A DNA stretch of 62,000 nt from Octopus vulgaris (GCA_951406725.2 OX597819.1:93392001-93454000), one strand, 5' to 3'; shown: positions 1 through 12,234, counted from the first letter of the stretch. Notes: generated from the letters alone by a model not told the origin. Translations and numbers: made by a program.

Positions 1-465
1 ATAAGAAGGCAACGTTTTCTCCAGTGCATCTTTGCACAAAAGTACATTTGAAAAAAAAAGATTTTATCCCAACTAAAAATAAAATGACTGACATACAGAA
101 TGAATGGTTTAGAGATAAAGTATGATGTATATAAGGAATGGGAGGGGATGAAGATGAGAATGAAAGAGAAGAGAGAGAGAGAAAAAAAGAAGAAACAGAA
201 AACGAAATGAAAATGGTTTTGACGTTTTAAATGTGCCTGTGTATGCCGTTGTTGGTTGTCATTTAGCCCCAAGAAGGCGTCCATCATCGTGTAGACATGC
301 GCTCAAAGCCATAACCATACCATGATATTTTCAGTAATAGGTCTATATTATTCACTGAGTTGTGTTCCTGCTGTTTTGTTGTTGTTTCAAAGTGTAGTAG
401 AGAGTGGTTTTAAAAAAAGATTTGTTTACTAAATCAAGGTTTTCCTTTTGAGCAGTTATTTCGAA

Positions 466-888
466 TCTTTTCGGTTTGAACGGCAGTTTTTTTTCTAGCG
501 GTGTCATATGAAATTTTCACCCATAACTATGACCCTAATATCGATCTATTGCATTTCATTCTGTTTTAGGGTTAGGGTTAGTTAGGGTTAGGTGTGGGGA
601 GAAGGGTACCTTTTTTTTCTTCACAAATGTAAATAAACCCAATCTGTTTCGTAAACGAGGACATATTCATACGGCACAGAATGTTTTTTTTACCTCGATA
701 GACGTCAGTGATTGGTTAAAATTGCAGAAATTGAAGAAAAAAACAACAAATATCTTACAAACTATAGAATTTTCTCAATAAAGCCAAGGAAAAAAATGTT
801 TTATAAACACATTCTACTAGTATACGAAGTTAAAAACTTTTTTGTTACCTAGAAATTATGTTAAAAACTGCCGTTCAAATCGAAAAGA
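466..888. mobile_element. MITE-like non-autonomous DNA element with 26-bp TIRs and internal TTAGGG repeats
   Basis: tcttttcggtttgaacggcagttttt (466-491) is the reverse complement of aaaaactgccgttcaaatcgaaaaga (863-888) with 1 mismatch. Interior contains ttagggttagggttagttagggttagg at about 566-592. No TSD recognised. Confidence 0.75.
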
Positions 889-1010
889 GCCGTTATTTCT
901 AGTAGTTTTGCTACTTCTGGCTTTGGAACTGTGGACATATGTTGACGCAAGTGTATGTGTATATAAAGAAACTTTGTGTCCGTGCGCGAGTATTTGCGTA
1001 GTTATATATG

Positions 1011-1243
1011 TATTTCTTTATTGCCCACAAGGAGCTAAACACAGAGGGGACAAACAAGGACAGACAAAGGGATTAAGTCGATTACATCGACCCCAGTGCG
1101 TAACTGGTACTTAATTTATCGACCCCGAAAGGATGAAAGGCAAAGTCGACCTCGGCGGAATTTGAACTCGGAACATAACGGCAGACGAAATACGGCTACG
1201 CATTTCGCCCGGCGTGCTAACGTTTCTGGCAGCTCGCCGCCTT
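1011..1243 (-). mobile_element. Full-length tRNA-derived SINE (family A) with 18-bp TSD
   Basis: Minus strand reads ggcggcgagctgccagaaacgttagcacgccgggcg...ttccgagttcaaattccgccgaggtcgactttgcctttcatcctttcggggtcga...aataaagaaa, with pol III A/B-box-like head. Flanked by tttgcgtagttatatatg at 993-1010 and 1244-1261. Confidence 0.9.
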
Positions 1244-1505
1244 TTTGCGTAGTTATATATGCGCGCCCTTTGTATATTTTAACTTAGAAATGTTTGCTTA
1301 GAAAACAGACTTACACGGTCTGCTATTATACATTTACAGATATTTTCATGTCTACTATTTACAGTACTCTAAAAAAAATATACTCTATGGTCGTCTGCAT
1401 AGAGCTGTCAATAGACTGTAGTCATACTGTTTAATTTTATCTACTATATATATGTATGTTTGTGTGTGTTTGTATACAATACCATGTCCTTGCTAATAAT
1501 CAATA

Positions 1506-1810
1506 CTAGTAGTATAGCCCGGCGTTGCTCGGGTTTGTTTTTTAGTTGCGCTTAAAACGGCAGACTTTCATATCGCGTTAACAAAGTTTTGACATAGTTT
1601 CAGTCTTTTTTGAAAAGAAAAAAAATTGCATTATGTAGCTTGTTATTCTCTTTAAGTGAATATTTTTCTGGTTGAAATACACCGAAAGATGACGACACAG
1701 CAGTAAAAAAATCGTAAAAAATAGGGATTTTCATAGAAAAAAAAACACCTTTCTGATGTAAATAATTTTTGGTCTTAACATGGTCCGATTTGAATTTTTT
1801 CTTCTACGGA
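1506..1810 (-). mobile_element. Non-autonomous Helitron-like element, 3' end
   Basis: Minus strand ends cccgagcaacgccgggctatactaCTAG|T: a subterminal GC hairpin followed by CTAG before T, the canonical Helitron 3' terminus. The inner boundary is approximate. Confidence 0.6.
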
Positions 1811-2292
1811 ATGTCTATCCAATAGTGTTACACCGTCCAACATAGTGGGGATTTAAGCAATGCTTCCGTAGATAGTTGATAGGTTGGATGTGGCACTCAT
1901 GAAGAGCAGTATCCCTTGAAATAAGCACATACGCTTATTGCCTGTTTTTTTTTTTTTGTTCTTTTTCTATCTTCCTTCACATTGTTTACATAGACGTATT
2001 CGTTTACAAAATGACTCTGAATTCTATTGGAAATCTATAGTTTACCACTTAAAAATAAGAATATCGCACTGCTAACACAAAACGTAGGGCACAATATTGA
2101 CTTGTATGCCTTCAATATATTTGGTAGTATATTAGGGTTGCAAAAGTAAGTATTGTTTGTGTCCTTGCTAATAATCAATTAATCAGTTCAATTTCCTTGC
2201 AGTTCGGATGGAAAAGAAGTGCTGGATTATTACTTTCCATCACACTAGTGTGCTGTTTTTGCTAATGTGGTTGATAGAATATTCTCAAACAT

Positions 2293-2674
2293 AGGCGCAG
2301 GATAACAAGCTTACTTCCCAACCACATGGTTCCGGGTTCAGTTCCACTGCGTGGCACCTTGGACAAGAGTCTTCTACTATAGCCTCGGGCGGACCAAAGC
2401 CTCGTGAGTGGATTTGGTAGACGGAAACTGAAAGAAACTTGTCGTATATATGCATATATATCTATGTACATGTTTGTGTGTCTGTGTTTGTCCCCAACAA
2501 TCGCATACCAACCGATGTTGGTGTGTTTATGTCCTCGTAACTTAACGGTTCGGCAAAAATAACCGATAGAATAAGTACTAGGCTTACAAAGAATAAGTCC
2601 TGGGATCGATTCGTTGGAGTAAAGGCGGTGCTCCAGCATGGCCGCAGTCAAATGACTGAAACAAGTAAAAGAGT
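2293..2674 (+). mobile_element. SINE family B (tRNA-like head, CORE-like gcaccttggRcaag motif, internal microsatellite)
   Basis: aggcgcagga...ccacatggttccgggttcagttccactgcgtggcaccttggacaag...gactgaaacaagtaaaagag. The same sequence recurs more than 10 times in the window. Confidence 0.85.
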
Positions 2675-2789
2675 ATACAAATTTCATCCAATACTTCCAT
2701 AGATACAAAAGGAAAACCGTTTAATAGTTGCTATGACATGTTTAATGTTTAATTGGTTTCAAATTTTGGCACAAGGTCAGCTATTTCGG

Positions 2790-3210
2790 GTGTGGGGGCA
2801 AGTCGAATACATCGACCACAGTGCTCCACTTGTACTTATTTTATCGACTCCAAAATGATGAAAGGTAAGGCCGGCCACGGTGGAATTTGAACTCAGAGCG
2901 TAACAGCGGATGAAATGTCGCTAAGCATTTTGCCTGGCGTGCTAATGATTCTACCAGCTCGCCGCCATATCATGTGCCAGTAATATGCTGTGATGATATG
3001 GCGGCGAACTAGCAAAATCGTAAGCATGCCGGGTGAAATACTTAGCAGCATTTTGTCATCTTTACGTTCTGAGTTCAAATTCCACCGAGGTCGACTTTGC
3101 CTTACATCTTTTGGAAGTCGATAAAATATGTACCAGGTGAATACTGGTGTCGGTGTAATCTACTTCACCCCTTCCTCGAAATTGCTGGCCTTGAGTCAAA
3201 ATTTGAAACC
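2790..3210. mobile_element. Two diverged family A SINEs, head to head
   Basis: A minus copy at about 2790-2965 ends gctcgccgcc. A plus copy from about 3000 reads ggcggcgaactagcaaaatcgtaagc...gagttcaaattcc. Confidence 0.75.
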
Positions 3211-3228
3211 AGTATACGCTGATGATGT

Positions 3229-3567
3229 TTAATCCTTTAGCATAAAGACTACTCTGTCAAATGCAATGTTTATTTATTCACATTGTTTTCAATTAATCAT
3301 GCTTTATTCTTGAAGTTTCGAGATTTCAAAGATGTGATTACTCTCTTTACTCTTTTACTTGTTTCAGTCATTTGACTGCGGCCATGCTGGAGCACCGCCT
3401 TGAGTCGAGCAAATCGACCCCGGGACTTATTCTTTGTAAGCCCAGTACTTATTCTATCGGTCTCTTTTGCCGAACCGCTAAGTGACGGGGACGTAAACAC
3501 ACCAGCATCGGTTGTCAAGCAATGCTAGGGGGACAAACACAGACACACAAACATATACACACACACT

Positions 3568-3614
<47 letters not shown>

Positions 3615-3894
3615 GACAGGCTTCTTTCAGTTTCCGTCTACCAAATCCACTCACAAGGCATTGGTCGGCCCGGGGCTATAGCAGAAGACACTTGCCCAAG
3701 ATGCCATGCAGTGGGACTGAACCCGGAACCATGTGGTTGGTTAGCAAGCTACTTACCACACAGCCACTCCTGCGCCTGTTTATTTTTAGAATAACATTGC
3801 AGGGTAGTCGTGAGAAGCTGGATCAGGTTTGTTTGAACAAAAAAGCGGTAGAATATTTGGGCCAAATATGGGTGATTTAAATGCTAAAGGCTAA
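3229..3894. mobile_element. piggyBac-type MITE interrupted by a family B SINE
   Basis: Left end ttaa|tcctttagcat, right end atgctaaagg|ctaa (TTAA-like TSD, short TIR). A SINE occupies 3339-3777 inside it. Confidence 0.6.
3339..3777 (-). mobile_element. Full-length SINE family B
   Basis: Reverse complement of the 2293 element from aggcgcaggagtggctgtgtggtaag to the (agagtaaa)n tail, with an internal (AT)n. CpGs largely intact. Confidence 0.9.
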
Positions 3895-3943
3895 GATATT
3901 GTTGTTTAATGAGTCATTACTGTTTGGCTCTGTGGTAAGTTAT

Positions 3944-4106
3944 AGGTGTCGGAGTAGCTGTATAGTAAGTAGCTTGCTTGCCAACCACATGGTTCCGGGT
4001 TCAGTTCCACTGCGTGGCACCTTGGACAAGAGTCTTCTACTATAGTCTCGGGCCGACCAAAGCCTTGTGAGTGGATTTGGTAGACGGAAACTGAAAGAAG
4101 CCCGTC

Positions 4107-4146
<40 letters not shown>

Positions 4147-4369
4147 TCTATGTACATGTTTGTGTGTCTGTGTTTGCACCCGCACCAACGTTGTTTGACA
4201 ACCGATGCTGGTGTGTTTACGTCCCGGTAACTTAGCGGTTTGACAAAAGAGACCGACAGAATAAGTACTAGGCTTACAAAGAATAAGTCCTGGGGTCGAT
4301 TTGTTCGACTAAAGGCGGTGCTCCAGCATGGCCACAGTCAAATGACTGAAACGAGCAAAGAAAAAAGAG
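3944..4369 (+). mobile_element. Full-length SINE family B
   Basis: Same head, CORE-like motif, internal (AT)n and tail as the other B copies. Confidence 0.9.
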
Positions 4370-5237
4370 CTCTGATTACGTAGACCGATGGTCAAAGTGA
4401 TGCGGCTGAGAACATCCCTTTTCTTAATTTCAGAAGTAACCAAGATTACATCACTTTATTTGTCATTCTTTTTATGATAATATGGTGTGATTGGCTCCTA
4501 TTTCTAACAAGTCAAGCGACCACCTAGAGAAATTTACGGCGACTCGTGTTTTAAATATTGGTTTCTAACATAAGCATAACTGAACTGTTGCTGGTTTCTG
4601 GAACAGGTGTATTTTTTACGTGTATAGGGTGTTAGCCTATAGCACAACCCCCGAATTTGGAGGGTCGATGTGTATATTTTAGTCTGACTCCTACTCGTCA
4701 ACCAAACCAGCAAGGTTAAACCTGCCAGGGAAACACGTCCCCCACTGGCACATGCTCTAGGGATCATAAAAGTACTCAAGCCTCCCCGCCACGTCAAGGC
4801 CACACACAGAAGCAGACATGGAAACGGAGCATTTTGGACAAGCTCAGGACCACCGACTTTACACGGGAAGCAGCCAAGAAACACACCAATGACCGCAAAA
4901 AGTGGAAAACAACTGTTTGGAGCATTTTAAATCATCATTAAATCATAGATCGCTCAAAATATTCTTAGTGTCCTAATTTATAATTAGTTAAGTTGCTTGT
5001 TATTACTGTCGCCTTTGCCGTCGCGGCTACTGTTTATTTTTTTTTAGCCCAGGGTAACCCTAAACGAGCAGAACTATTTAAAGGCATTCCAAACGCCACT
5101 ATCTGATAATTTTTTGATACGTAATATATCATGAATCTACATACACACATGCATACATACACACATACATATACACACACAAACATACATATATGTTTAT
5201 ATACATATATGTATACATATATATATACAAAAAAAAT

Positions 5238-5466
5238 ATTCGAGCGAGGTCAAAGCCAGTGCCGCTGGACTGGCTCCTATGTAGGTGGCACGTAAAAGCA
5301 TCCACTACACTCTCGGAGTGGTTGGCGTTAGGAAGTGCATCCAGCTGTAGAAACTCTGCCAGATCAGATTGGAGCCTGGTGCAGCCATCTGGCTCGTCAG
5401 TCCTCAGTCAAATCGTCCAACCCATGCCAGCATGGAAAGCAGACGTTAAATGATGATGATGATGAT
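5238..5466 (+). mobile_element. 5'-truncated SINE/LINE tail ending in (GAT)n
   Basis: gccagtgccgctggactggctcct...aacccatgccagcatggaaagcagacgttaaatgatgatgatgat. A short tandem tail of this kind is typical of RTE-mobilised elements (inference). Confidence 0.6.
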
Positions 5467-5491
5467 ACACATGTATATACATATATGTGTG

Positions 5492-5530
<39 letters not shown>

Positions 5531-5541
5531 GTGTGTGTGTG

Positions 5542-5573
<32 letters not shown>

Positions 5574-8166
5574 CATATAGATATGTGTTTGTGTGTGTGC
5601 GTATGTGTGTGTATTCAACGTATCCCTCTCATTTTTAATCAGTAGGGCATGTTTAGAGGTAGAGATTTGGCTGTTATTTTGTTATTTCTACCAGTTCTAC
5701 CATCACATACAGATTCTTTCGTTGGCCCATATCTAAAACAGGTGTTTTAGTTTCTTATTTTCTCTTCTTATACAACGTCTCTTCTTAAAAGTAGTTAAAA
5801 GTAGACACAAAAGAAAATTGCAGAAATAAATATGGCTTATGAAAATCCAAAATCTCATTGTTGGGCGATTTGAGCTTAAGCAATAAAGAATAATGTCTTC
5901 TGTGAAGTGTTATGCATCTTTTACAAGATCGTGCGATGTTTTGTCTCAATGCGAATAGCACCTCACTAAAATGTCTGCTTTTCTCATTTAGTTTCTCCTA
6001 TACACTATTTAAAATATAATTCCCTCTTTTGCGATGTTGCCTTCGTTTCTCATTTATGTTGTCCTTCCAAATTAAAATATATTTCACTTTCTTGTGAAAC
6101 GTATCTTAATTTGTCATTAACATTGTCTTTCCATACTTTCCATATTTAAGATATGCTGCTTTTTCTTTAGATATGACATTTATGATGTTTAGTACATATT
6201 TTGATTAGATTGTCTATATACTGGTGTTGCATTTCTTGTTGCTGCTGCTTTTTGTACTTTAATCTGAAGTAAGTCCTGATTAAATAGGACTCTTATCAAA
6301 GGCATTACCCACCCGTCTATGCAATAGTGTAGCGTGGGTTCTGACCGCCCTGTGTGGTAAACAAATTGTATCCACCTTGTGCGGTCTGCACATCCCGCTT
6401 ACTTTATGCTACACCACTCTGTCTATGTAATCTCTACCAAAGCAGAGACTACGAGCAGTAATGTGTGTTTCTTCATTGAAGATGAAAGCATGGAGTTTGA
6501 TAAAGATCCTGTTACAACTTTTCTCAGGTTGTTGATTCCAGTATCTTTTTGAATACTGTCATTATTGGCACGTATGAGAAAGACAGTCACCTTAGTAAAA
6601 CAATTCGGAACATCCAATCAGCATTGACTAGAAATGCAAGCTTCAAAATATGAGACGTGTTAAACGAAGGGACTAATTCTAAAGTTGGTGCAAAACAATC
6701 AGCATAAATAATTATGGCTTTAGAGAATTCAAAGGCTCCGTGTTTGGTTATTTGATCTCACAAAACAAGAAACAATGATACATTCTTTAGAGTGTCATTG
6801 TTATGTGTATTTTGTAATATACTGTGAAACATCTTGCTCTATTCAGGCAAAAAGTATCTCGCAAAAGATGTCTGAATTTCTTATTTACGTAATAAGAAAA
6901 ACGAGCTTTTAACAAACAGTTTGCTTGGAAAAGATTCCCTGAGTACTTCTTAAAATCATTTATAGCTTAGCTTCAGGCAAATTATGTCACTGCTTTAAGG
7001 GTTTCTGAATCTTAAAGTAAAGGAAATATTTCTACTGCGAAATTCACGTTCGTTTCTGTTTGAAGTTCGTCTTCTTGGAATTTTTACGTAGACAGAAATG
7101 ACAGTAGAAAGTGCCTCGAAGCTTCTTTTATTTCTTAATCGTTTTAAAACATTACAAATGATTTAAACGTTGACGTTGTCGTCGATAGTGATGATGAAGA
7201 CACACTCGGGATTAAGAATTCTGACAATGATGATGATGAGGGTCATTATCATAGTAACGATAATAACGGCAATAATAACGATATTTACTACTATCATTAT
7301 TGTGATGAATAGAAGCCGTTGATTAGATATAGTTTCTTTATTTGCCACAAGGACATATCACACCGAAAACACCTGTTCTTGTCCGATGACTAAATATCGA
7401 AAGAAATCATTACCGTCATAATCATTATCGCTAATATTATTTTTATTATTAGATTTACTTGTGCAAATAAGATAGCGAATGATGGTGGACATTTTGCGAA
7501 TGATAGAACTGGCTTAGGTGGTGATAGAGTTGCTGTTGCTTGTGACTACAATAGCTGAGATAATGGTGGTAGTGGTGGTGGTGATGATGGTGGTGGTGGT
7601 GGTGGTGCTGCTGCTGCTGCTGCTACTGCTAGCGTGATGTTGTTGGCGGCAATGGTACTGGTGCTTGTGCTGGCGACACAACATACACGTACACATACAC
7701 TACACATACACGCTATACAAATTGATTCTTCCAATAATCAGAAACTCTTTATAAGGCTCTGATTAGAAGGAAAAAGGAAACACAAACTGGTTGGAAGACA
7801 GCTTGAAACATCTCGAGTGGTGTCTCTTGAAATTGCTACGAGATAATGGAATATAAATCGAAACGAAGTTGTATCGTTTATTTACTATCAACTACCACCG
7901 GTCACTACTATCTCCTACCATAACTCTCACCGTACCCAACACCATCATTATCACTATCAACGATAGTCCTCTCGCCACCACTTTATCTCCATCTCTCTCC
8001 TCTATTACTACGACTACCATTAATACTATTATTACCAACATTCAACAACCAACAAATACCATTCTGATTCTTACCATCAGAATCAACAGCAAAAGTGGGG
8101 AGAGACCCCCGCTGGCCCTATCAAATATAGCCAGATATAGTAACCCTCAATAACTATTATCAACTG

Positions 8167-8488
8167 TGAAGATGCGTGGCTTAGTGGTTAGAGTATCCGG
8201 CTCCCAATCGTAAGGACGTGGGTTCGACTCCCGACGTCACGTTGTGTCCTTGGGCAAGACATTTTATTTCACATCCCTTCAGTTTATTCATTTGGCAAAG
8301 ATTAGTTGTACCTGTAATTCAAAGGGCCGACCTCGTTACATCCTGTGTCACGCTGAATCTCCCTGAAAACTACACTAAGGGTACGCGTGTATGTGGAGCG
8401 CTCAGCCATTTGCATGTTAATTTCACGCGTAGGCTGTTCCGTTGATCCGATCAACTGGAACCCTCGTCGTCGTAATCGATGGAGTACC
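8167..8488 (+). mobile_element. CORE-type tRNA-derived SINE (family C)
   Basis: A box tggcttagtggtt, B box gggttcgactccc, then CORE-like gttgtgtccttgggcaagacatttt. Tail ggaaccctcgtcgtcgtaatcgatggagt; a related tail fragment lies at about 55110-55170. Confidence 0.8.
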
Positions 8489-8854
8489 AGAACTATCAAC
8501 CATGACAATCAACTACCTTGATTGACATCAGCTTTGTTAAATATCCCCACAAAACAGCCACCACCAGATGAGCCAACGAAAGAGTCTTTATATGGACGGT
8601 CGGTCAGCTAAAAATATTTACCAAATCTCCCTTAATAATACCCAACTAAATTAAAGTAAAAGATCATTGTGAATAATGTAATACCATTCATCGCAGATTT
8701 GTTGGCTCAAGACTGACCTACAACTAAACACTAAACACATTCAGCCATTTAAGCGATGGTCTCTGGCGTTAATTTTAACGTATGGGCGTCCAGGTATTCG
8801 ATCAATGAATTGAAGTGTGAAGTGGCTGAGTATTCAAAAGAGAAGTGTATTATT

Positions 8855-9287
8855 CTTTTCTACTCTATGCACAAGGCCCGAAATTTTAGGGGAGGCGGCC
8901 AGTCGATTAGATCGACCCCAGTATGCAACTGGTAATTAATTTCTCGACGCTGAAAGGATCAAAATCAAAGTCGACCTCGGCGAAATTTGAACTCAGAGCG
9001 TAAAAACAGACGAAATACCTTTAAGCATTTCGCCCGGCGTGCTAACGTTTCTCATTTCTTTATTACCCACAAGGGGCTAAACATAGAGGGGACAAACAAG
9101 GACAGACAAAGGGATTAAGTCGATTACATCGACTCCAGTGTGTAACTGGTACTTAATTTATCGACCCCGAAAGGATGAAAGGCAATGTCGACCTCGGCGG
9201 AATTTGAACTCACAACGTAACGGCAGACGAAATACGGCTACGCATTTCGCCCGGCGTGCTAACGTTTCTGCCAGCTCGCCGCCTTAA
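8855..9287 (-). mobile_element. Dimeric family A SINE
   Basis: Two consecutive A bodies on the minus strand, joined at about 9052 (tail fused to agaaacgttagcac). Confidence 0.8.
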
Positions 9288-10819
9288 GGCACGTATATTA
9301 TTAACACAGATGTCACTTAAAATGAATGTGACACTGTATGTAACACGATTGGATCTTTGAATTGCAGATATAGTCCATATAATAAATGCACTTGCTTAAA
9401 GTGCCATGCACTGGGATTGAACCTAGGCCTTCATGAGTGATTCATAAAAAAAACGCGCTTCTTAGCCATATCTACATTCACTGTTGTAAATACACACAAG
9501 CTCATACCATATTAATTTCAAATTTTGGCAAAAGGCCAGTAATTTCAGGGCGGGAGTTAAGTCGATTCCATTGACCCCAGTACTCAGCTGGTACTTACTT
9601 TATCGACCCCGAAGGGATGAAAGGCAAAATCGACCTCGGTGTATTTAAACTCAGAACATGAAGACGGACGAAATGTTGTTAAGCATGTCGTCTGGCAAGC
9701 TAACGATTCTGTCAGCTCGCCGCCTCACGAGTTCATATCATATTAACATAAACACAGACCAATATAAATGCAATCACAATCCGCAACTTGTTTCGTTTGT
9801 TTGTTTAATCCTTTACAAGTCCAAATCATTTTCATAAGTTTGTCCTAAACGTTCTTGCTTGTTTTCAGATTTTTAGTTAACCTTTGGATCATATGTCGTG
9901 ATATAAAGTTTTCCTTCCACAAGTACCAAGATACTCTGGTAGATGAAAAAAATATTGGGATGTGTATCATGTATGATGCAAGGTCACCCGGGAAATATGA
10001 TAAAGAGGACAAGCAAAGGGTTATCCTAATGCAAGGCGGTGGGTTTGTCAGAACCGTTAACACACCAGATAAAATGTTTAACGGCATTTCGTCCGTCTTT
10101 ATGTTCTGAGTTCAAATGCCGCCGAGCTCGAGTTTGCCCTTCATCCTTTCGCCGTTGACAAAAAATGTACCACACTCCTGCGAAATATCTGGCCTTGTAA
10201 CAAAAGCATCGGGAAAAACATGCTTCGTACCATTTGTTCCAACTTCCTATGTTCTGAGTTCAAGTCAGTTTTGCTTATCGTCTTATCGGAGTTAAGTATT
10301 CGAGAAGATGCAATCAATTTATTCCTCTCCTAAAGACGGCTGGCATTGTGCCTAAAACACAAATCCATATTTCAATCAAAATCAGTCGTTTAAAGATGTA
10401 ATCAACCAAAATTGATAGTTTGTTGAACCTGCCTTCTAAGATGATACTTGTACCTGAAAATTAGCGACCATCTTCCTATGGGCAGTGCAAATATTCATAC
10501 ATTCATAAGCGTGCATGAGCAAATATCAGTTCTTTTGTATGCATATGCACACTTAAACTTATGCTCGTGCACATGAATTTTTATATGTTCACATTAATAT
10601 ATCATTGACACTCGTTTGCAGTCATACGATCAAACGTTTGCTAAAGAAAGCCCTTGTGCACATACATGAATGCACAAGCGTCGATATTTGCATACATTTC
10701 CATGTGCAGATCTAAATATACTCACCCATTCTACGTACAAATATGTATATGTATTTGAACGTATACATATATACATGAGTTTGTAACTGTTTGTATAAGA
10801 ATAACCTTGTCGACGTATC

Positions 10820-10851
<32 letters not shown>

Positions 10852-12209
10852 TGTGTGTGTATGTTTGTATGTGCGTGCGTGTGTGAAGTATACAATACAT
10901 GCACACATACATATGCCAATACAAACACGGTGACACGCTTTCGTATACTAGTCGTTGACTTTCATGTTTTCTCTCACATGTCCATGCATAGACACACATT
11001 GACAGACAAGCTTACACACGTATGGACATGCTTACACACATGCGTTCGTAGGGAGCTATATTTTATAAATATATCTTTATAAATATATTTTCATTCATTC
11101 ATATAAACAAATCCATTTACGTACATACGTTCTGACATACACATTCACCAGCAGAATCACATACACACACACATACACACACACGCACACATACACACTC
11201 AGACATACACACACACACAATAACAAATACACCCACACAAATACATAAAGACGCATACAACTTGTCGTCTGCTTAGCCATTAAAACTGTTGCTACATGAC
11301 AAGCAGACGTCAGTCTCACGCTGAAGTGTGACACAAAATACTCGATAGAAAGACAGCGTATATTATTTATTGATCCAGTACAGTACAAACGCTTGAGAGA
11401 AGTTTCATTTCTCAACTGGAGTAAAACTATATTACATGTTGCATGTATGCAAAAATGTCTTCCGTATGCCTCAGTCTCCCCTCTCTCCGTCTTTTTCCTC
11501 CTTCCATTCTCCCTTCTCTCCTACACTTCCTCATACCACCACCCTAATTAACCTCCATCTCCTTCACTACCATTTTTCTTCGTTATTTCTTTCTCTCCTG
11601 AGTCGTCTCTACTTAGCATAATCCCCCCTCCTCCTCCTCGTCGTCGTCGTCGTCTCCTTCCTCTTTCTTCTCCTTCTCTACCTCACCATCATCATCATCA
11701 TCGTCATCGTCATCATAATCATCGTCGCCACCACCACGAAGCGCCACTAGCACTACAACCATCACTAATAATATCTTCGCTTCAGTAGTTGCAATCACTT
11801 TGGCTGACAATGTCGCCAACGTCGCCATTGTTATCACCTGCCAACATCATTGCTACCTTTGTCAACCAATGTTGCTGCTGCTGCTGCTGTTACCACTGCT
11901 GCTGTCGCTGCTGGTGTTACCACTGCTGCTGTCGCTGCTGTGGTTGATATCACCGCCTGTTGCCATTGTCGTTGTTATTACGACAGCTGTTGTACTTGTT
12001 TCTCTATATAATTCATGTAGCTTAATGTACTTGTTAATATTACTGTTGTTGTAGCTGTTGTTGTTGTTGTTGTTTCTGATATTGTAACTAACTGTTTATA
12101 ATTATTATAACTTAAGTACTTTTTAATACTACTGTCGTTGTTATTATTATTATTATTGTCGTCGCTGTTTCGGATCTTTTACGAAGGGGGGGGGGGATGA
12201 CGAGCTTAC

Positions 12210-12234
12210 CTTTTCGAACTGTCCCAATTATTTC
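12210..12234 (-). CDS. Candidate 25-nt microexon of an unidentified gene
   Basis: On the minus strand a long polypyrimidine tract ends tttttttag|GAAATAATTGGGACAGTTCGAAAAG|gtaagc. Two frames are open (NNWDSSK or EIIGTVRK). No homology recognised. Confidence 0.35.

Noticed and set aside
6423-6617. 64-aa ORF in unique sequence
   Set aside because: It is short, with no homology or splice support recognised.
8167-8235. tRNA-like sequence with A and B boxes (similar at 41040-41118)
   Set aside because: It continues directly into SINE body and tail, so it is a SINE head and not a tRNA gene.
9869-10109. Plus-strand acceptor followed by FLVNLWIICRDIKFSFHKYQDTLVDEKNIGMC...
   Set aside because: There is no convincing donor, the ORF runs into a SINE at about 10034, and no homology is recognised.
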